Notes: generated by a model from the letters alone, not told the origin. Shown: positions 23,601-36,572, counted from the first letter of the stretch. The stretch: DNA of 64,000 nt from Selaginella moellendorffii (GCF_000143415.4 NW_003314276.1:2231072-2295071), one strand, 5' to 3'. Numbers and translations: made by a program.

Positions 23601-25748
23601 GTTAAGTGGAAAAGTTACTTAACTTGTGAATCAATTTGGGAGCCTCTTAGGAATCTTATGTATGCTCGTAAGCTTGTCACGGAGTATGAGAATCATAATA
23701 AAAACTAGCTTTTATAAATCTTGTAATAAATCTTGCAAATTAATAAAGTAATATATTTCTATAAATCAAAATTTTCATTTCTCTCGTTCATTAGTACTTG
23801 GGTTAGTTTTGGCAGGTTGACTTTAGCACTTCGATGCATGGGTCAAATCCATAACCATGGGGATAACTATTATAAACTGATCACAAGTCCCTACCTCTCT
23901 CTCGATGACTCATTTTTGAAAAGGGGCATAGTCGTATAAACAACTTTATCTGCCAATTTATAATAATTGTCTAAATCTTTCTGACAGGGTTGATTTTTTG
24001 CTCAGAGGAAGTTGGGCCTCTAGCCCTCTCCCTATATCCCTGCAGGTAAGGATGTATCATTCCTTTGTAAGCCAAGTGGTACTCAGAACAGTAAGGGTGG
24101 CTAATTCCATTAGTCATTTTCTTGTCAGTGACAGTTAGAGGGTGTTTGAGTCTTAACATTTTTGGACGTAGAGGAAAGATAATTCCATAACTCATTTAAA
24201 TCAATGTGTTTCCCACATAGTGTGCTTTCCGTTAACTTTTGGAGTTGTTTCCTTAACGGTTTGCTAGACTCATGTATGCATCAACGAGGACGCCAATCTT
24301 CCCTAAATGAGAGTGTTGCAACTATGACTTCAGGTATCGAAAGATACTTGTCGGCCAATCTTTATGGACACTCTCTTTTTACTGCTATGATGGCAAAAGA
24401 TTAGTATTGTTAGTTCCTTTTATTAGCCCCTTTTATCTAAGTGTTAGTAAATTGGACTTAGCATTTGTACTTAACCAGATGAGCATAAGGAAGGAATTTT
24501 TAAGTGTCTATTTAGCCAAGCGGCTTGTTAGTTCTTTTTGTTCTGTCTTGCACTAGCTTGGCAAGAACTCTCACGCATTGAGTCTAGTCCCTCAATACCA
24601 CTACATAATAGCTTATTGTGTCTGCCAAACACCTTTGCTATCATGCTTTTTATGTTAGTCTCATTTCGGTCCTAAAAGCTATTTATAGAAAATGTTTAGA
24701 TTTGCTTATTTGGCATATGTACAGAATGTAAAGATTGTCTTGAATACAATGGTATTCGTCCCATGTCCAAATTCGCAATTTAGGGACATTCTATATTTAA
24801 TAAGCTTCGAACTTGTGTTCCTCATAGGGGGAGGGGGGGGGGGGGTAAAGATAATGGTTGGAATTGTAAAGCATGTGATCATGGGATAAGATTTAGATAT
24901 ATTGTCACTGTGGATACTTGAAACCTTGGGGGATAAATGGGGATAAAATAGCCAGTAAAGGCTCTCTTATCAAGCAATTGCCCCTTTTCCAATTGGCTTA
25001 AGGGGAGATAAATAGGGTGTGCTACATGTGGTATTGGAGCAAATGGCACGGGTCCGATTCTCATTGATTAGTGGCTACCCTAAAATATAATATACCCTTA
25101 AGCAAGGTATATTCTTACTCCTAAATTTGAAATCGTACATATTGGGCATCCATGTGTACATCCTTCCTTTTGTGTGAAGTATCCATGGACAAAGGTATCC
25201 ACCATGGGATTATGGTATGGGTGGATGATTAGTTGCTTCACATGGAATAGTTGGTCTACACAATGAAAGGATTGGTAGATTCAGTGCAGAAATAGAGGTG
25301 AAGGGGTGTGAGTGTAATGCATGTGATCATAGGATGAAATTTGGATATACTGTCACTATAGATCCTTGGAACTTTGGGGGATAAATGAGGATAAAATAGC
25401 CACTAAAAGCTCTTTCATCAAGTAATTGCCCCTTTTCCAATTGGCTTAAGTGAAGAGAGATAAGGTGTGCTACAGGAATGTATGTCCGACCACTTGAGAT
25501 ATTAATTTGGCTCTCGCTAGACTGTATTCCTCTTTGTTCTGCATCCGGCTTAGGTCTAAGCCCAAGCTTTATACTACTCTAGGTTGTAGGATACCCTCCT
25601 CGCGTTAGGCCACCAGTATGCCAAAATCATGCTAGATACAGTGTGATACCATTTTGCATGCAGGTGTTAGTGCTTGTGGGATTGTACCAGACCCTTGTTT
25701 TGTAGCACAATAGGCTTGGATTTCAACTCTAAATTCATATGCGCTACA
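20602..25748 (+). mobile_element. 3' half of the family A chromovirus (protease, RT, RNase H, internally deleted integrase, chromodomain, 3' LTR 24314-25748 interrupted by a TRIM)
   Basis: MIDTGATHSMI protease, LPPSREADYRIEV and RT/RNase H relics. Reverse complement of 2177-5140. The LTR starts TGTTG at 24314 and ends GCGCTACA at 25748, matching the end of the LTR at 61337. Confidence 0.9.
24865..25474 (+). mobile_element. complete non-autonomous TRIM (610 bp; 162-bp LTRs at 24865-25026 and 25313-25474)
   Basis: TG...CA LTRs, tRNA-Met-type PBS TGGTATTGGAGC, PPT GAGGTGAAGGGG and perfect 5-bp TSD GGAAT. Inserted in the family A LTR. Confidence 0.93.
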
Positions 25749-26949
25749 TTGAGATTGAGTTATAGTCATTGCAGGTGGTGCCAAGTCAAATTTTTGACCT
25801 CATATTTAGTGTGGATTGGTTGTAGTGAAATCATGCCAAATATGATTTTAAGGTTTCTCCCCTTTATCTTATACTTCTTTATATTTCTTCATTTTCTCAC
25901 TTTTGTTCTTTTTACCTCTTTGCTTCTACCTTTGGTTCTATCACTTTTGTCTCCCATTACTTCCTCATATATTTCTATTTTGTTCCTCTATTCCCTCTTC
26001 TGATCCTTTTGACAGTTTTTATGCTGCAACAGTTAATCGACTCATGAAAGAGTATGCCGATCTCTTTGAATTTGACCTATCATTTAGAGCTAAGATTGCA
26101 ACGCATCATCCTATTCTAATTAGGGATGCTCGTCCAATGAAGGTTCCTGTTTGTCATCGGTCACCAAAAGAGATTAAGGATTTACGTGTAAATGTTAAGA
26201 AAATGTTGGAATTATTTGAAAGTCACAAAGTCCTTAAGCATGTGAACCTTATTTTGTGACGAAGCCTAATAAGAGTATTCATTTTTGCATCAATTATTAT
26301 TCATTTAATGAAGTGACAATCTCAGATATATACCTTCTTCATCACACTGCTGATCTTTTGGATTGTTTAGGGAGAAGTTGTTAGTTCACCAAGTTAAATC
26401 TTGCTTATGGGTACTGACAAATACTGATGGCCGAAGTAGATATTCCTAAGATTGATTTTTGTACACTGCTTAATTTATACGAGTTTTTGGTGATGCTATT
26501 TGGTTTGAACAATGCTTTAGGAACTTTCTAGCAAATGATGGATGAGGTTCTTTGTGATATGCTGAAAGTGACTGTTAACTTCATCGATGATATCTTGATC
26601 CACTTGGAGGGGTCATGGGAGGAACACATCCGTGATATTCAAAAGGTATTGGATTGGCTACAGGAAGTTAGTTTAAAGTTAAAGTGGTCGAAATGTGTGT
26701 TTGGGTCTAAAGGCACAACTTAACTTAGGTATCATATTTCTTATGAGGGCTTGCCAATTAATCCTGAAAAACTTGTGGCTATTCTAAAATTCCTTACTCT
26801 GAAATGTGTGAATAATGTGTAAAGCTTCCTGAGCAAGGTGCAGTATCTTAGTCATTTTATTGATCATCTTTTTTATTGCACTGGACTATTGCAAGCAAAG
26901 CTGAAGTTGTCAACGTCGTCTTTTATCTTGTCTATGGATTGTGAGTGGG

Positions 26950-27519
26950 TGTTTATAGATCTCAAAGAGTTATTAATGACTTCTTTAGTTTTGGTATATC
27001 CTAACTATACTCGACCTTTCATTATACACACTTAACTTTTCATTTTGTGCATGGATACTTCTAATATTGGTTTTGGAAGTGTGTTGATATAAGAGAACTT
27101 TAGCGTGCTATAAGCTCATGAGTTTGGTGTTTATAGATCTTAAAGAGTTATTAATGACTTCTTTAGTTTTGGTATATCCTAACTATACTCAACCTTTCAT
27201 TATACGCACTTAACTTTTCATTTTGTGCATGGATACTTCTAATATTGGTTTTGGAAGTGTGTTGATATAAGAGAGCTTTATTGGTTTTGGAAGTGTGTTG
27301 ATATAAGAGAGCTTTAGCGTGCTATAAGCTCATGAGTTTGGTGTTTATAGATCTCAATGAGTTATTAATGACTTATTTAGTTTTGGTATATCCTAACTAT
27401 ACTCGACCTTTCATTATACGCACTTAACTTTTCATTTTGTGCATGGATACTTCTAATATTGGTTTTGGAAGTGTGTTGATATAAGAGAGCTTTAGCGTGC
27501 TATAAGCTCCTGAGTTTGG
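26950..27519 (+). repeat. tandem triplication of a ~178-bp unit (the second unit carries a 36-bp internal duplication)
   Basis: Units start TGTTTATAGATCT at ~26950, ~27128 and ~27342; each ends with TATAAGCTC(A/C)TGAGTTTGG. Confidence 0.93.
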
Positions 27520-28093
27520 ACTTCCCGAGAGGTCACCCAGCCCAGTACTATTCACACCCAAAGACGCTTAACCCCAAATATCCCAAGACCCTTAACCATT
27601 TGGAAAAGGGGGTGCATTTTTATTCATGGGCCCTTTCCCTCTATATTTGAACCCTATGGATCGTTTCTCAAGTCATTCCCTTTGGTTGTTTACAATCCAC
27701 CACGCTTCCCTGCAAGTTCACGCCCTCGTGAACGGAAGCTAAGAGCCGCAGTTCTCCCGAGAGCCCCGCTCTCTTGACACCCTACCCCTCGGGTCGAGCC
27801 CAATGGGAGCAAACTAGACCAACCAGATGTCAATTAACATGTGGTGTGATTCCCCTAGCCAACCAACAGAGTCGGACCCGAGACTGCTCCGATACCAAAT
27901 GTAAGCTCCTGAATTTGGACTTCCCGGAAGTTCACCCAACCCAGTACTATTTACACCCAAGGACACTTAACCCCAAATATCCCAAGACCTTTAACCATTT
28001 GGAAAAGGGGGTGCATTTTTGTTCATGGGCCCTTTCCCTTTATATTTGAACCCCATAGATCGTCTCTCAAGTTGTTCCCTTTGGTTGCTTACA
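27501..28093 (-). mobile_element. Cassandra TRIM with 5S rRNA-derived segment in each LTR (194-bp LTRs at 27501-27694 and 27900-28093)
   Basis: The LTR contains GTTAAGCGTCTTTGGGTGTGAATAGTACTGGGCTGGGTGACCTCTCGGGAAGTCC (5S A-box/IE/C-box region). PBS TGGTATCGGAGC, PPT GGGAAGCGTGGTGGA, TSD CGTGC/TGTGC. Confidence 0.93.
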
Positions 28094-30059
28094 TGTGCCT
28101 AGTCAGTGCCATCACATTATATATATCAACCATACATTACAACCAACAGAGGTGAATGACTCCACGACAAAGAAGAAGTGTTTAGTAGCAATTTAGGGTT
28201 TTGAGAAACTTACATGGTTTTTAGACATTATTAAAATGTGATCATCCTGTAGTTACTTCATTATTGAAGCAGAAGAACTTAATTGGTCGTACTACTCGGT
28301 GGGTTTTGAAGCTTTAGATATATGATTTTGATGTTATTCATCACCTGGAGAGTTTTATGACTGATGTTAATGCCCTTTCTCGAGCTCCTCTTTGTTCTTC
28401 ACTCTCTTCTCATATTTTTGTCGAGTTTATTCTTCCAGCATCTATGGATTTTTTAGATAAAGATTCTAGTCATTGGTGGTTGTTATATTTGATGTTCAAT
28501 TGTTATACTTGATGTTTAGTGTTCACAAAGTGCAAAACAAGATTTATCTTCTCTTGATGAAGTTCGTGAGGCTTAAAAGATTGAGCCATGGATTCAAAGG
28601 CTTTTTGATGGGTTTAAGAATTTTGCATCACTTATTGATGATTTGCCATTTTAGCATTTACATTTTCAATATCACCTTAAAGACAATCTTCTTTATTTTG
28701 TGGGGATGGATCTTAATGATCATTATAGCTAGTGGTGCCTTCGATCTTAATTCCATGTTTTTTTTCATGCCTATTATAATTCTTCTATTCTAGAGGGGCA
28801 TATAAGATATCATTATATGACCGAGAAGCTGCACAAGTATTTTTATTAGCTGGAGATACAATGTGATGTTATCCAGTATGTGTATAATTGTGTTTGGTGC
28901 CAAACTCATAATACTCCTATAAAAGGATAGTTAGAGTCAATTGTAATTTCCCATCCATTTAATTTAGTGACATTTGATTTGATAGGGTCTTTTCCATAAT
29001 CAACTACTAACAATGAGTATGTCATTATTACTTTTGATTATTTGACTCACTAGGTGGAAGTTGGTGCTCTTGCTAAAACATTTGCAACTGTTGTTAGATA
29101 CTTTCTCCTCAATTGAGTGGTGTTCTAACATTTTTGTTAGGAACAGATTCTTTTGGATAATGGTCTTACATTTATGGCTAAGGTATTTCATGTTTTGATG
29201 TCTTGATTGGAGATATAACACTTTCACAAATGCTTATCATTCATAGTCAAATAGTTTGGTGGAACAACTTGTTTAGACTTTTTATAAAATATATGAATTT
29301 TCAGCATTTGAATTGGGATAGTTATTTGCCTTCTCTTTAGTATGCATATGTCATAGGGGTGCAAAGTTCTATTAGGGGTTTACCATATAAACTCTTATAT
29401 GATTATAATCCAATACTATCAACAAAGTTGGGTTTACTTTTGCGATTACCACGAACTACTGATGCTAGGTTGTGGGATTAGTATTTAACAAGCATTCTTC
29501 CATTTGTCCAAGCAGAGTTTATTGAACACCTAGGCTATGTACAAATGGGACAATAATGGCACTATAACTCCTATTATCGTCCACTTGCAAAGTATAAAAT
29601 AAATGACTTGGTGTTAGTTTGTTTTCCCAATTTTATGATACATGGTTTATCTAAAGGGCTTGTTGCTCAATGGAAAGGACTATATTGAGTGTTGTGGCAA
29701 GTTAGATTGTAAGTTTATGAGGTTTAGCATAACATCCAACAAGCCGATCCTCTAAAAATTATGCATATGCAGCAATTGAAACACGTCATACAAAGGGATT
29801 AGGAACAACTGACACCACTTACAGATGCACTGATGCCTCCTCTTGATGTTCTTCCAGATCCATCCACGAGAAAACCTTGAGGGTTTTCCATCATTCCAAA
29901 AGGAGGGGATGATGTGAGGTTCAAGTGATGCTATATACTAATATTAACATAATGGGATTTTAGTAATTATTAGATTGGTTTCAATCCGGACGACTCACTC
30001 TTGTATATAAACTAGTGTTTTTGGGCAATATATTCTATTTCTATATTCCATACATGCTA

Positions 30060-31010
30060 AATCTCTTCTTGACACCACCAAAGCAACAAACAAATGCACT
30101 TATTAATGCCTTCATTTTGGTGGCAAAAGCAGTACAAAAGAGAAAATCCTGCCACCAACTGGGATTCCCTACCAGTACTTGGTGGGAGCATGGACACATA
30201 GGCACTATGTCCAAGCATGAAAGAGGGATGCACAATTGCCAGAGGTGGCACAGCTGCAAAAGATCTTTCAGCGGGTTCTTAGGGCACGAAAATGGGTGTT
30301 TTTGAGATGACACAACTGGTAGATTGTTCGCAGATCCACCACCATTGGCCAGATTCCTCGAAACCCAACGAGATCCAATGCCAATTCTCCGCTACCACTC
30401 CCAGCTACCATACAAAATCTTTCCAATCATCCAACTACAAGATCATCAATAACACCTTCACCAACTTTACAATAAACCAACAGCAATCATGGAAAAGGGA
30501 TTTGGATTTTCACGTGGACTGAATTGTAGAAACCATTGCTAGGCTCCCGACCAACAAGGGAGGGATGACAGCAGAAATTTTGTGGGCGGCAGACACAGCA
30601 TTTTTAGCTACCATTCTCATGCCAATTATCAACTATCTCCTTCACATGGGCCTTCCAGAATTCTGGATGATCAACCACATTGTGCTTATTTATAAAAGTG
30701 GCAAGATGATGCTCCCAACAAACTACTGGATGATAGCAATATCTAGTATCTTGCAAAGCAAATTGACAAAGAGATCTCCATGAAAACACAATACATGCTC
30801 AAGGCTAGTCAGGGTTTCACAACCAATGCTCTTAGACCATCTTGTCACCTTGTGCATTCTAATGGAACGCATGAGGTTGGGCTGCAACAAGACATTGGTG
30901 CCTCAAATGCTAGAAACTGCATGATGAGTATGTCCTTGACGAAGTCACAAACATCAATCCCACTTGTGGCAGTGATCATCAAGCTCTACTGCTGTCTAAC
31001 TTCAGTTTTT
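30060..31010 (+). mobile_element. non-LTR (LINE) RT relic
   Basis: GLPEFWMINHIVLIYKSGKMMLPTNYWMIAISS resembles the LINE RT domain 0/1 motif P..W....I.PI.K.G......NYR.I. Boundaries approximate. Confidence 0.65.
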
Positions 31011-34000
31011 TAGAGGGGAATCTGTTCCCTCCACAGCTGGGGTGTGACAAAGTTGTCCCTTTCGGAGGATTTCCTTTTTAAGGGTTTTTCATGCTTGGCA
31101 GTCTTCAGAATTCCTCATATATTCTAAAAAAATGAATATACTTTTTATATACCTTGCAAAAAAATATGTGAGTGCGTGGAGGATTTCCTGAAAGGACCAA
31201 AGCTAGTTGACATTCCATTTACCTAGTAGTGGTTCCTAAGTGGTATGTTTTGTAGCACTTCAATATGGGAAATCGATCTCCAGTGACAATGCATGGTGGT
31301 TGGATTTGGGTTGCTAGTCCAGAAGACTTAGAGCAACAACATCCTCAACCATTTTCTTGCTACATAAGATGGATTCCACTATGCTTTTGCCAGCACTGGG
31401 ATTTCCCCTTAGAGTGAGTCTAGGATTCACAAGTAAATTTTCATACCATGTATACGATGCATTTTTATCTCTGGAATAGAGACAAACCCAATCCCAAGTG
31501 TCCTGTAACATTCCAAAATAGGACTCACAGCCGATTGTAGACATTCTATGGGTGTTAGAGTCTGAATCAAGAAGCAAACCACACTTTGGAAAAAGAAAGA
31601 TAGAATAACACACCATAAAAGCCTAAAAGCACTACTCAAGGCCAAGAAGCACTCCACACCTAGGAAAGACAAAGAGAATGCAATTAATGGCCTTAAGCCT
31701 CATTGTCAGCAGTGTCATCGTCCCCCAGAGCTTGGGAAGCCTAGCCTATTGTTATTGGCCTGCAGGATATCCAACCCATTTCTTGTGTTAACCCTTGCCT
31801 CAACTTCTGGTGATGAATATAAGGTTACCAAGCAAAGTGTAATTCCTTTGCTTTGTTTAGGATCTGCAGCTCCTGGGATGTTAGAGCACTCCAAGGCCTG
31901 TCTCCTCCAAGAAAAGGAACACATAGTGCTCAGCTAGCTTGGGAGCTGCAGTTCCGCTACAGATGGATTAATACACACTGCACCAAACCTTGGTCCATTC
32001 GACACTGCTCATGGTTGCTGCTGCATGGGTAAGCTGCATGGTCTATGACTGACTTGGGCTTCTCCCTCTGCCTCCTCAATCTTGGGAGTCTCCTTCTGCT
32101 GCTTCTTCTCTTTGGTTTCCATGGAGTATGGTGAGGGAGAATATTGGTAGCAGTGACGAGAGCAAGAGTATCTGTGGAGGGTGGGGATTTGGACTTGTGG
32201 CACCATGACTTAGTCCTATGGCTGATATTCAAGAGATACATTGTGCCAGGGTAGGAGGTAGGCAATCATATTGTCTCCTTGCTTGGATTCCACAATAGTT
32301 TGTAGTTGCATACTATTGGCATGGATTCATCAATGATTTGTGGGTGCTTACTGTTGGGATGAGCCTGTTGGGAGAGCCCCACATGGACATTTATAAAGTC
32401 AAATTCTGAAAAATTCCACTTTTTTACTGAAGAATCATAGAATTTTAGGGAAGCTTGCAAGACACACTCGTAAGGAGTGGAAGGCATGGGCTTTATAGTT
32501 TTAGGGATTAGCTCGCAGAGGCATATGGCAATGGTGGTGGGATCCAACTGTGGCAATGGCCGTGGCAGTTAGCCATGGCAGCGGCACTGGTGGCAGCGTG
32601 AGATCCACCGGTGGTGCTTGGGCAGGAGGTGATGCTCATGCATTTGGCTATGGCAGTGGCAATGTAGGCAGCAGCATAAGATCCAGCTGTAGGACTCGAC
32701 CTGGAGATGTGGATTCGGCCGTGAGGGATTTCAAGGTCTAGGACTAGATCTAGAAGCACAAAGCAATGTTAGAGATAAAGTATTGGTGTTTTTTTGTTCC
32801 TCTATTTGCTTGGACCTCGAGTTTGGGTACCTGAGGTGCCATATCTGAGCTGGTCCCTAATTTTGAAATAAACATTCTTCCAAAAGTTAAAAAAACATTT
32901 CTGGAACAAAAACTCTAGAAAAAAACATAATTTATTAAAGTTTAGTGAATTTTAATTTGCTCCAATTGAATTTTTTATGGAACTTTTTATATAATTCCCC
33001 CTTGCTTTCTATGGTTTTAAGGTGTTTAGTGAATCATAAATAGGTTTTTTTTTCCTAAACAATGCCATCAAGCTAAGAGTGAACTTCAAGGGTGAGCTTA
33101 GAATTAGAGAAGTCTGATATGCAAGTTGCACAAGAACAATGGCACTAGAATATGAAGAAAGAGAGTTTGTTTTTCTAGTAATAAGGGATACATAAAAATC
33201 GATCAGGAAAACCTTGGAGCTCTCTTGATCCTAGTGATGGTTGAAGATTCAGCTGCTGCAATCCTCATGCTTGGGTGATTGACATATATTTCTTAGAAAT
33301 AGAAGAAGGTGATATAAGAAGATACACAAGGAAAATTGCTAGGCCCTAGTACAAAGTTGGATTTTGATATACCTAATTTTTTTCTTGTGGGCATGAGAAG
33401 ATGCTTTGAAATTCAATGACATCCTTGAACATCCTGCTCCCACAACATCGAAAGCACGTTTCACAAAACATTGCAAGCTTACAAACCTTTTCTGTAAATG
33501 CATGATTATCATTAGATCAAGATTATCAAAGTTCACTCCAAAGTATAAGTTAATAAAACAATATTCTTAAGAATAGACCATGTAAAAAATCAAACGAACT
33601 AACAAGTCCATGTTTAATTATATTTAAAATTATTATAATATTAAGGTAGGTAATATTTAAATAAATAAGAAAAAAATAAATAAAAAAGATTATACTGGCT
33701 AGAATTTATCCTTCCTCTAGCGACATAGAATGCTAAGTAATGGAGATTCGGATACTCAACAACACGTCCGGGATGAGGAGAGTTATGGTGTGTTAGGGCA
33801 TGTTTCTGTATATGTAAGACCAAAATAGTTCTTGATTTGCCATATGATTTGTAGATGTGTAAAAGTGATCCTGATTTCTTTCTCTAAAATAACAGGATCC
33901 AAGTATTGTGATGTGGATTTTTTTTCTAAGATAGCATGAGCAAGCCATAAGCATAATTGGCAGTAAAGAATCTAAGAAGAATGATCACTTGTATAAATGC

Positions 34001-34644
34001 TATTCTTACATCCCAATTCATAATTTGATGCTATTTTATATTTAATAAGTTTTAAGGGGAAAAAACATTTCATTAGGGTTAAAACATAAAAGAAAGAGGA
34101 GTTTAATATAAAGAAAAGTAAGGGTCTAGAAACATGCTGGATTTAAAGAGAATGCATAAAATAAGAAATAAAATATAAGAAGGAACAACATAAGACACAA
34201 TGAGGAATCATCACTAGTATTCTACTTTTAGAAATTGGCTAATATTCCATCCTTAGCATATTCCATCTTAATGAGTATTGACTAAAGTGATATGAGTGGA
34301 TTAGCGACAAGAAAGAAAATTAACAATTTATTTTTCTCTAACCTGAATTATCCGATTATAATAAATATATGTTTCGTTCTAAGACATTTTAAAAGTTTAT
34401 ATAAGAAAGAAGTGCTAAAATAAAACACACACTATATTACTAATGAGATGGCAAGGCTTAGAGACTATTATATAGGGTTACAAAACTCAAGAAAGGCCTA
34501 CCTCATAAGTCCTAGATATTGATGTTTATAATAAAATAAGAAAGTAAAAAGATCAATTTATTTTAAAGAATGATCCAAAAAGGACAGAAGTTTCTTTATA
34601 TCTAAAAAGTTTCACTTTTATTCTGCATAAAGATAATAAATAAA

Positions 34645-35290
34645 ATGTTAAAAGAATATGAGTTTTGATAATTATAGATGCAACATATCTAATTTTAAAT
34701 ATATAATAGGGAATAAAAAAGTTTTATAAATATGTTCATCTACAATTTATGAACTAAAATATAAACTAGTTGCAATTAATTTTGGTAGAGGTTCTGCCCT
34801 TTTGTTATTCCTCATATAGGTGGTAGTATGATAATATTTATTTATTTAATACGGTTTATAGTTGATAAGTATCCCTGATTATGTACATAAAATCATATTT
34901 CAGTGGAATTATAAAAGGTCCTTTTAACTAAAAATTAAAAAATTGTGACATTTCTTCCTGAACAATAAATATTGGCATTTTAAAGAACAAATTAAACAGT
35001 AGTCAATTTTACTTTTATGAAATTGTAAAAAAATAGCTTTTTTACATTCAAAATATATAGTTGCATTTATTCTTGTAAAAATATTATATTTAAATAAAGA
35101 AAACAGAATTTATATTTATTCATTTAAACCAATTATTCAAGAGAATGATAGTTTTCTATACTATAGACAAGTATTATAATTAAAACAATTCTGGATAATT
35201 CATTTTTATAATAATTCAGAATAATTATAATTTAGTAATATATGAAGCATCTAACACCAAGTAATGTATAGTGGGCAATAAAAACAATTC
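34645..35290 (+). pseudogene. highly decayed inverted paralog of the bulb-lectin gene at 35571-36460
   Basis: Starts with the same AAATGTTAAAAG and retains the blocks VAINFGRGSA, PDYV, FLHS, IIQENDSF.Y and NLVIYEA..W in the same order. Confidence 0.8.
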
Positions 35291-35570
35291 TTAATTTTAT
35301 TTAATTTTATTTAATTTTATTTTGATTATTTATTTTCAAATCATAATAAGAAAAATAATTATTTGGGCATCTTATATTAAGGAAATTAAAATTGGTTTTT
35401 TAACTAATTGATACCAATACTTAAGTTCCAAAACTTATAATGAATTTATATTTATGGCTTGGTACTTTATGGTCATGATTGATAGTATTGTGTTGTTTTT
35501 TGTATTTAACTTAAATTTGCAAATATCATATAAAAATAATTTTAAAGAAAGAAATTTAATTTCTGATCAT

Positions 35571-36460
35571 TTACATTAAGCAATTGGGATGACCTTGAGT
35601 ATCACTTGCCCACCAAACAGTATTAGGTGATTTTGCTTCATAGATAACTAAGTTACAATCATTTTGAATTGTAATAAAAGTTAGAAATAAACAATTTTCT
35701 GAATGACAATGTTTATTTATAGACCATAATGGTTTATTTTTTTCTGTATATAACACAAAATTACCATCTTTTTGAAGAATAAGCTTACAAATGTTGTTAT
35801 AAATTTCATTATTTGAAGATTTCCATAACATATTCTTACCAGAGTATAATCCAATTATACAATTAGAATGTAGGAAAAGTAAATTCTTCCCATTTGGTGA
35901 TATTAGAAATTGATCATTATGTAAAACACAATTTTGAAATCCAGCATATAAAGTAGAAATATGAGTATCACAATTATATTTGTTTCGATAAGTAAAATTG
36001 ATTTTGTACTTATATGTGCTTACAGAACTAGTATTATTCCACCAATAAAATGCATCATAAACAATTTCATATTTCTTTGAAGTTATCTTTACATAATCAG
36101 GACAACCATCTTTTATATCATTTGTATAAGCACCAATTAAATCTCTTAAACCAGCTCTTAATGTACCGCCATTAATACTTCTTTTTGATTCTTTACCAGT
36201 TGAACACTTTGGAGGGTTACCATCCATATGGCGAACACCTACAAGAGCAGAACCTCTACCAAAATCAATAGCTATTAAATCACCATAATTTATAGAATAT
36301 AATTTTCTCTTTGTTGTAATTATATTTCTCAAAAGAGTGTTAAAACCATAATTATATTTATTTCATGTTCAGATAATGTATTATTTTCTCCCCATTCTAA
36401 ATTATCACGTATTGCAACTGTATTGAAAACAAATATAAATAAAATGATGCCTTTTAACAT
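35571..36460 (-). CDS. secreted bulb-type (GNA/B-) lectin-domain protein with an unrecognised N-terminal domain; one apparent frameshift near 36360
   Basis: C-terminal LILQKDGNFVLY..PLWS and IQNDCNLVIY..WWASDT are QxDxNxVxY mannose-binding motifs. The ATG at 36460 gives signal peptide MLKGIILFIFVFNTVA, which joins the 253-aa ORF only with a 1-nt shift in an A-run. Confidence 0.75.
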
Positions 36461-36572
36461 TTAACTTATTCTGAACTATTTAAAGAATAATTTAAATAAT
36501 ATATATAGTAATATAATCTTAACTAATATTAAAATAAAAAGTATGACGCTTCTAGAAAGATAATATACTTTA

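Larger units (their letters stand above)
25749..30054 (+). mobile_element. 3' part of a family B Ty3/gypsy element (protease end, RT, RNase H, integrase, PPT, 3' LTR 29913-30054)
   Basis: FIDDILIH RT motif (26535-26723), LVYPNYTRPFIIHT, an integrase region homologous to 1-1250, and AAAAGGAGGGGA PPT followed by the TGTGAGG LTR. No chromodomain seen. Confidence 0.85.

Noticed and set aside
26950-27519. Repeat array considered as CRISPR-like
   Set aside because: Long tandem units without unique spacers, in a eukaryotic retrotransposon.
27518-27572. 5S rRNA gene-like sequence (also at ~27920, ~58100 and ~58500)
   Set aside because: Only the internal ~55-bp promoter part is present, embedded in Cassandra LTRs; these are not rRNA genes.
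32550-32741. Gly-rich 63-aa ORF resembling a glycine-rich peptide
   Set aside because: Low-complexity sequence with no ATG-supported context; more likely the antisense of an Ala-rich decayed ORF.
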